NCBI GenBank assembly: GCA_963696385.1
Contig: CAVOKF010000005.1
Coordinates: 1,312,001 to 1,376,000, forward strand
Origin: an uncultured delta proteobacterium
Lineage (GTDB): Bacteria; Myxococcota_A; Polyangia; Polyangiales; Polyangiaceae
DNA length: 64,000 nt
Direction of reading: 5' to 3'
Positions 61,745 through 64,000 of the stretch are shown piece after piece (the first letter of the stretch is position 1; the number at the start of each line of letters is the position of its first letter). The position numbers and the translations under genes were made by a program. Under the pieces are notes generated by a model, which saw only the letters and a program-made list of their open reading frames with translations, searched no databases and was not told the DNA's origin.

Positions 61745-64000
61745 GCGGAAAGGTGCGCATTTACGAGGTCGCAAAGCAGCTGAACCTCGATCCCAAACAG
61801 GTGGTCGGCCTGTTTCAGGCGATTGGTATCTCCGACGTCCGCAACCACATGAGCTCTGTGGAGCCGGAGGCCATCGAGCGCGTCAAGCGGCACCTCGAGA
61901 AGCAGCGGACCCACGACGTCGTCGAGGAGCGTGTCCGTTTCGGGGTGGTCAAACGCCGGGCCGTCGCCAAGCCGGGGTCGCCCACGCCTCCGGAGCCTGC
62001 TCCGGCCCCATCGCTCCCGCCGTCACCCTCGCTTTCCTTGCCCGCTCTCGACGAGCTCGTGGTGGTTCACGAGCAGAACGGCCGTGCGTTGCCCGAGCCG
62101 GTCGCCGCCCGCGAAGGGCGCGAAGGATCCAGAACCACCCCCAAGGAACCGAGTCGTCCGCCGGTCGTCGAGGACCGGGCGACGGCGCGAACGAGCGAGC
62201 CCGCGCCGGTCCCCGAAGCGCAGCGGCCGCGTGTTGAGACGAGGGCGGAAGAGGAGGTCGTGGCCGTCGCCGTCGCCGAGGCTTCGCCCGTTTCCGCTGC
62301 GCCGGCGGCGCAGGCCGCGCCGGCTCCGCTGCCCGAACGCCCGACGGACGATACGGTGGCGGCAGCCGCGCCCGCGCCGCCTCTGCCGGAACCCGCAGTC
62401 GCGTCGAGTTCTCCACCGATCGCCGTACAGCTCCCTCCGCCGCTGCCGTCGCCGGCCCCTGCACGGCGATCCGAGCCGCACCAGGACGCCGTGGTTTCTG
62501 CACGATCGGGCGCTGCGCCGAAGACCGGCGTGGAATATTGGACGGGGCGGCCAGGGGTGCCCATGCCGGCTCCGAGCGCCACCACCGCGCGCGCCGCTTC
62601 CACGCAGCCCAACATGCCGCGTCGCGTTCAGTACGACCCTCGCGCCGGAACCGCGGGTGGTCCCGGTGCGCGGCGCGACGTGCGTGCACCGGGCCAGCAG
62701 CCCGGCCGACCGATGATGGGTCGCACTCCGGGCGGTGCCGGTGGACGGCGACCGATGGGCCCGCTACCTCCGAAACGGCCCCCGATCATCTCGACGCAGG
62801 AGATGAGTGCGCACAAGAAGGTCATTCGCATCGAGAGTGACGTGACCCTCCAAACCATGGCTCAGCGCATGAGCCTGAAGGGTACCGAGCTGCTGATGAA
62901 GCTCTTGTCGATGGGGATGAGCAACGTTCACATCAACACGACGCTCGACGCAGACACCGCCAAGATCTTGGCCAGTGAGTTCGGGTGGGAAGTGGAGGAT
63001 GTGAGCAAGAGCGAGGAGCAGACCATTGCCGAAGCGCGCGGGGAAGAGGAAGAGCGCGACGCCGATTCATCGAACTTGCGCCCACCGGTCGTGACGGTGA
63101 TGGGTCACGTCGACCATGGCAAGACGAGCCTGCTCGACCGGATCCGGAAGGCCAACGTCGCAGGGGGCGAGGCCGGGGGCATCACTCAGCATATCGGCGC
63201 TTACAAAGTCGAGACGAAGCACGGAACCGTGGTGTTTCTCGACACGCCGGGGCACGAGGCGTTCACGCAAATGCGCGCTCGCGGCGCGAGTGTGACCGAC
63301 GTCGTGGTGCTCGTGGTTGCCGCCGACGACGGAGTGATGCCTCAGACCAAGGAAGCGATCGCGCATGCGAAAGCGGCGAAGGTTCCGATCATCGTCGCGG
63401 TCAACAAGATCGACAAACCGCAGGCGGATGTCGATCGCGTGCGGCGCGAATTGGGAGAGCAAGGGCTCGTTCCCGAAGAATGGGGGGGCGACACGCTCTT
63501 CGTGAACGTGAGCGCGCTGACCGGCGAGGGAGTTGACCGGCTGCTCGAAGCCATCCAGCTCCAAAGCGAGCTTTTGGAGCTGCGGGCGAGCCCCGCGAGG
63601 CCGGCGAGCGGGACCGTTCTGGAGGCCCTGCTCGACAGGGGCCGCGGACCGGTGGCGCGAGTGCTCGTGCAGGATGGGACCTTGCGCGTGGGTGACTTCG
63701 TCCTGGCCGGCGCCGGCTTCGGCAAAGTTCGCGCGATGACCAACGAGCACGGCAAACAGGTTCAGGAGGCGACGCCGGCGACGCCCGTCGAGATTCTCGG
63801 CTTGAACGAGGTGCCCAACGCCGGCGATCGCATGGACGCAGTCAAGGATCCGAAGAAGGCGCAGGAGATCGCCGAGAGCCGCAGAGGCAAGATGGCGAAG
63901 AGCCTTATCCCATCGACGGCCAAGGTGTCGCTCGAGGAGCTTTCCAAACGGATCGCCGAGAGCGGCCAACAGGAGCTCCGCGTGATCATCAAGGGCGACG
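61741..64000 (+). CDS. infB: Translation initiation factor IF-2 (runs off the window)
   Basis: [54 protein letters not shown], all in frame from 61741. Confidence 0.97.
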   Translation, partial: MSGKVRIYEVAKQLNLDPKQVVGLFQAIGISDVRNHMSSVEPEAIERVKRHLEKQRTHDVVEERVRFGVVKRRAVAKPGSPTPPEPAPAPSLPPSPSLSLPALDELVVVHEQNGRALPEPVAAREGREGSRTTPKEPSRPPVVEDRATARTSEPAPVPEAQRPRVETRAEEEVVAVAVAEASPVSAAPAAQAAPAPLPERPTDDTVAAAAPAPPLPEPAVASSSPPIAVQLPPPLPSPAPARRSEPHQDAVVSARSGAAPKTGVEYWTGRPGVPMPAPSATTARAASTQPNMPRRVQYDPRAGTAGGPGARRDVRAPGQQPGRPMMGRTPGGAGGRRPMGPLPPKRPPIISTQEMSAHKKVIRIESDVTLQTMAQRMSLKGTELLMKLLSMGMSNVHINTTLDADTAKILASEFGWEVEDVSKSEEQTIAEARGEEEERDADSSNLRPPVVTVMGHVDHGKTSLLDRIRKANVAGGEAGGITQHIGAYKVETKHGTVVFLDTPGHEAFTQMRARGASVTDVVVLVVAADDGVMPQTKEAIAHAKAAKVPIIVAVNKIDKPQADVDRVRRELGEQGLVPEEWGGDTLFVNVSALTGEGVDRLLEAIQLQSELLELRASPARPASGTVLEALLDRGRGPVARVLVQDGTLRVGDFVLAGAGFGKVRAMTNEHGKQVQEATPATPVEILGLNEVPNAGDRMDAVKDPKKAQEIAESRRGKMAKSLIPSTAKVSLEELSKRIAESGQQELRVIIKGD

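Noticed and set aside
61960..62790. Long Pro/Ala-rich IF-2 N-terminal region
   Set aside because: Variable low-complexity N-termini are normal for IF-2, and the frame is intact.

Overview
GC-rich bacterial chromosome segment, most likely from Myxococcota (Polyangiaceae/Sorangiineae-like). This is inferred from the gene content: Hanks Ser/Thr kinases, FHA/TPR proteins, AglRQS-like motors and a sigma54 activator. About 50 CDS are present, mostly housekeeping and envelope genes: prolyl oligopeptidase, glpK, pyk, lysA, mreBCD-mrdA-rodA, rpmG, lolC/E-like, P-type ATPase, pspA and rimP-nusA-ylxR-infB. I found no rRNA, tRNA, CRISPR array or transposase. The most notable structures are: (i) two back-to-back TolQ-TolR-TolR (AglRQS-type) motor triplets next to the Rod elongasome operon; (ii) a YbjN/CesT-like–PspA–Ca2+-type P-ATPase–Ca-loop lipoprotein operon; (iii) an orphan DNA methyltransferase translationally coupled to an HD dNTPase-like gene, opposite a stand-alone helicase-associated protein; (iv) an internally deleted MutS2 (N-terminus fused directly to KOW-Smr); (v) several CTAG-bounded hairpin mini-elements; (vi) four or five single-base frameshifts, one in nusA, which are probably sequencing errors. 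All functional calls come from reading motifs by eye; no searches were run.
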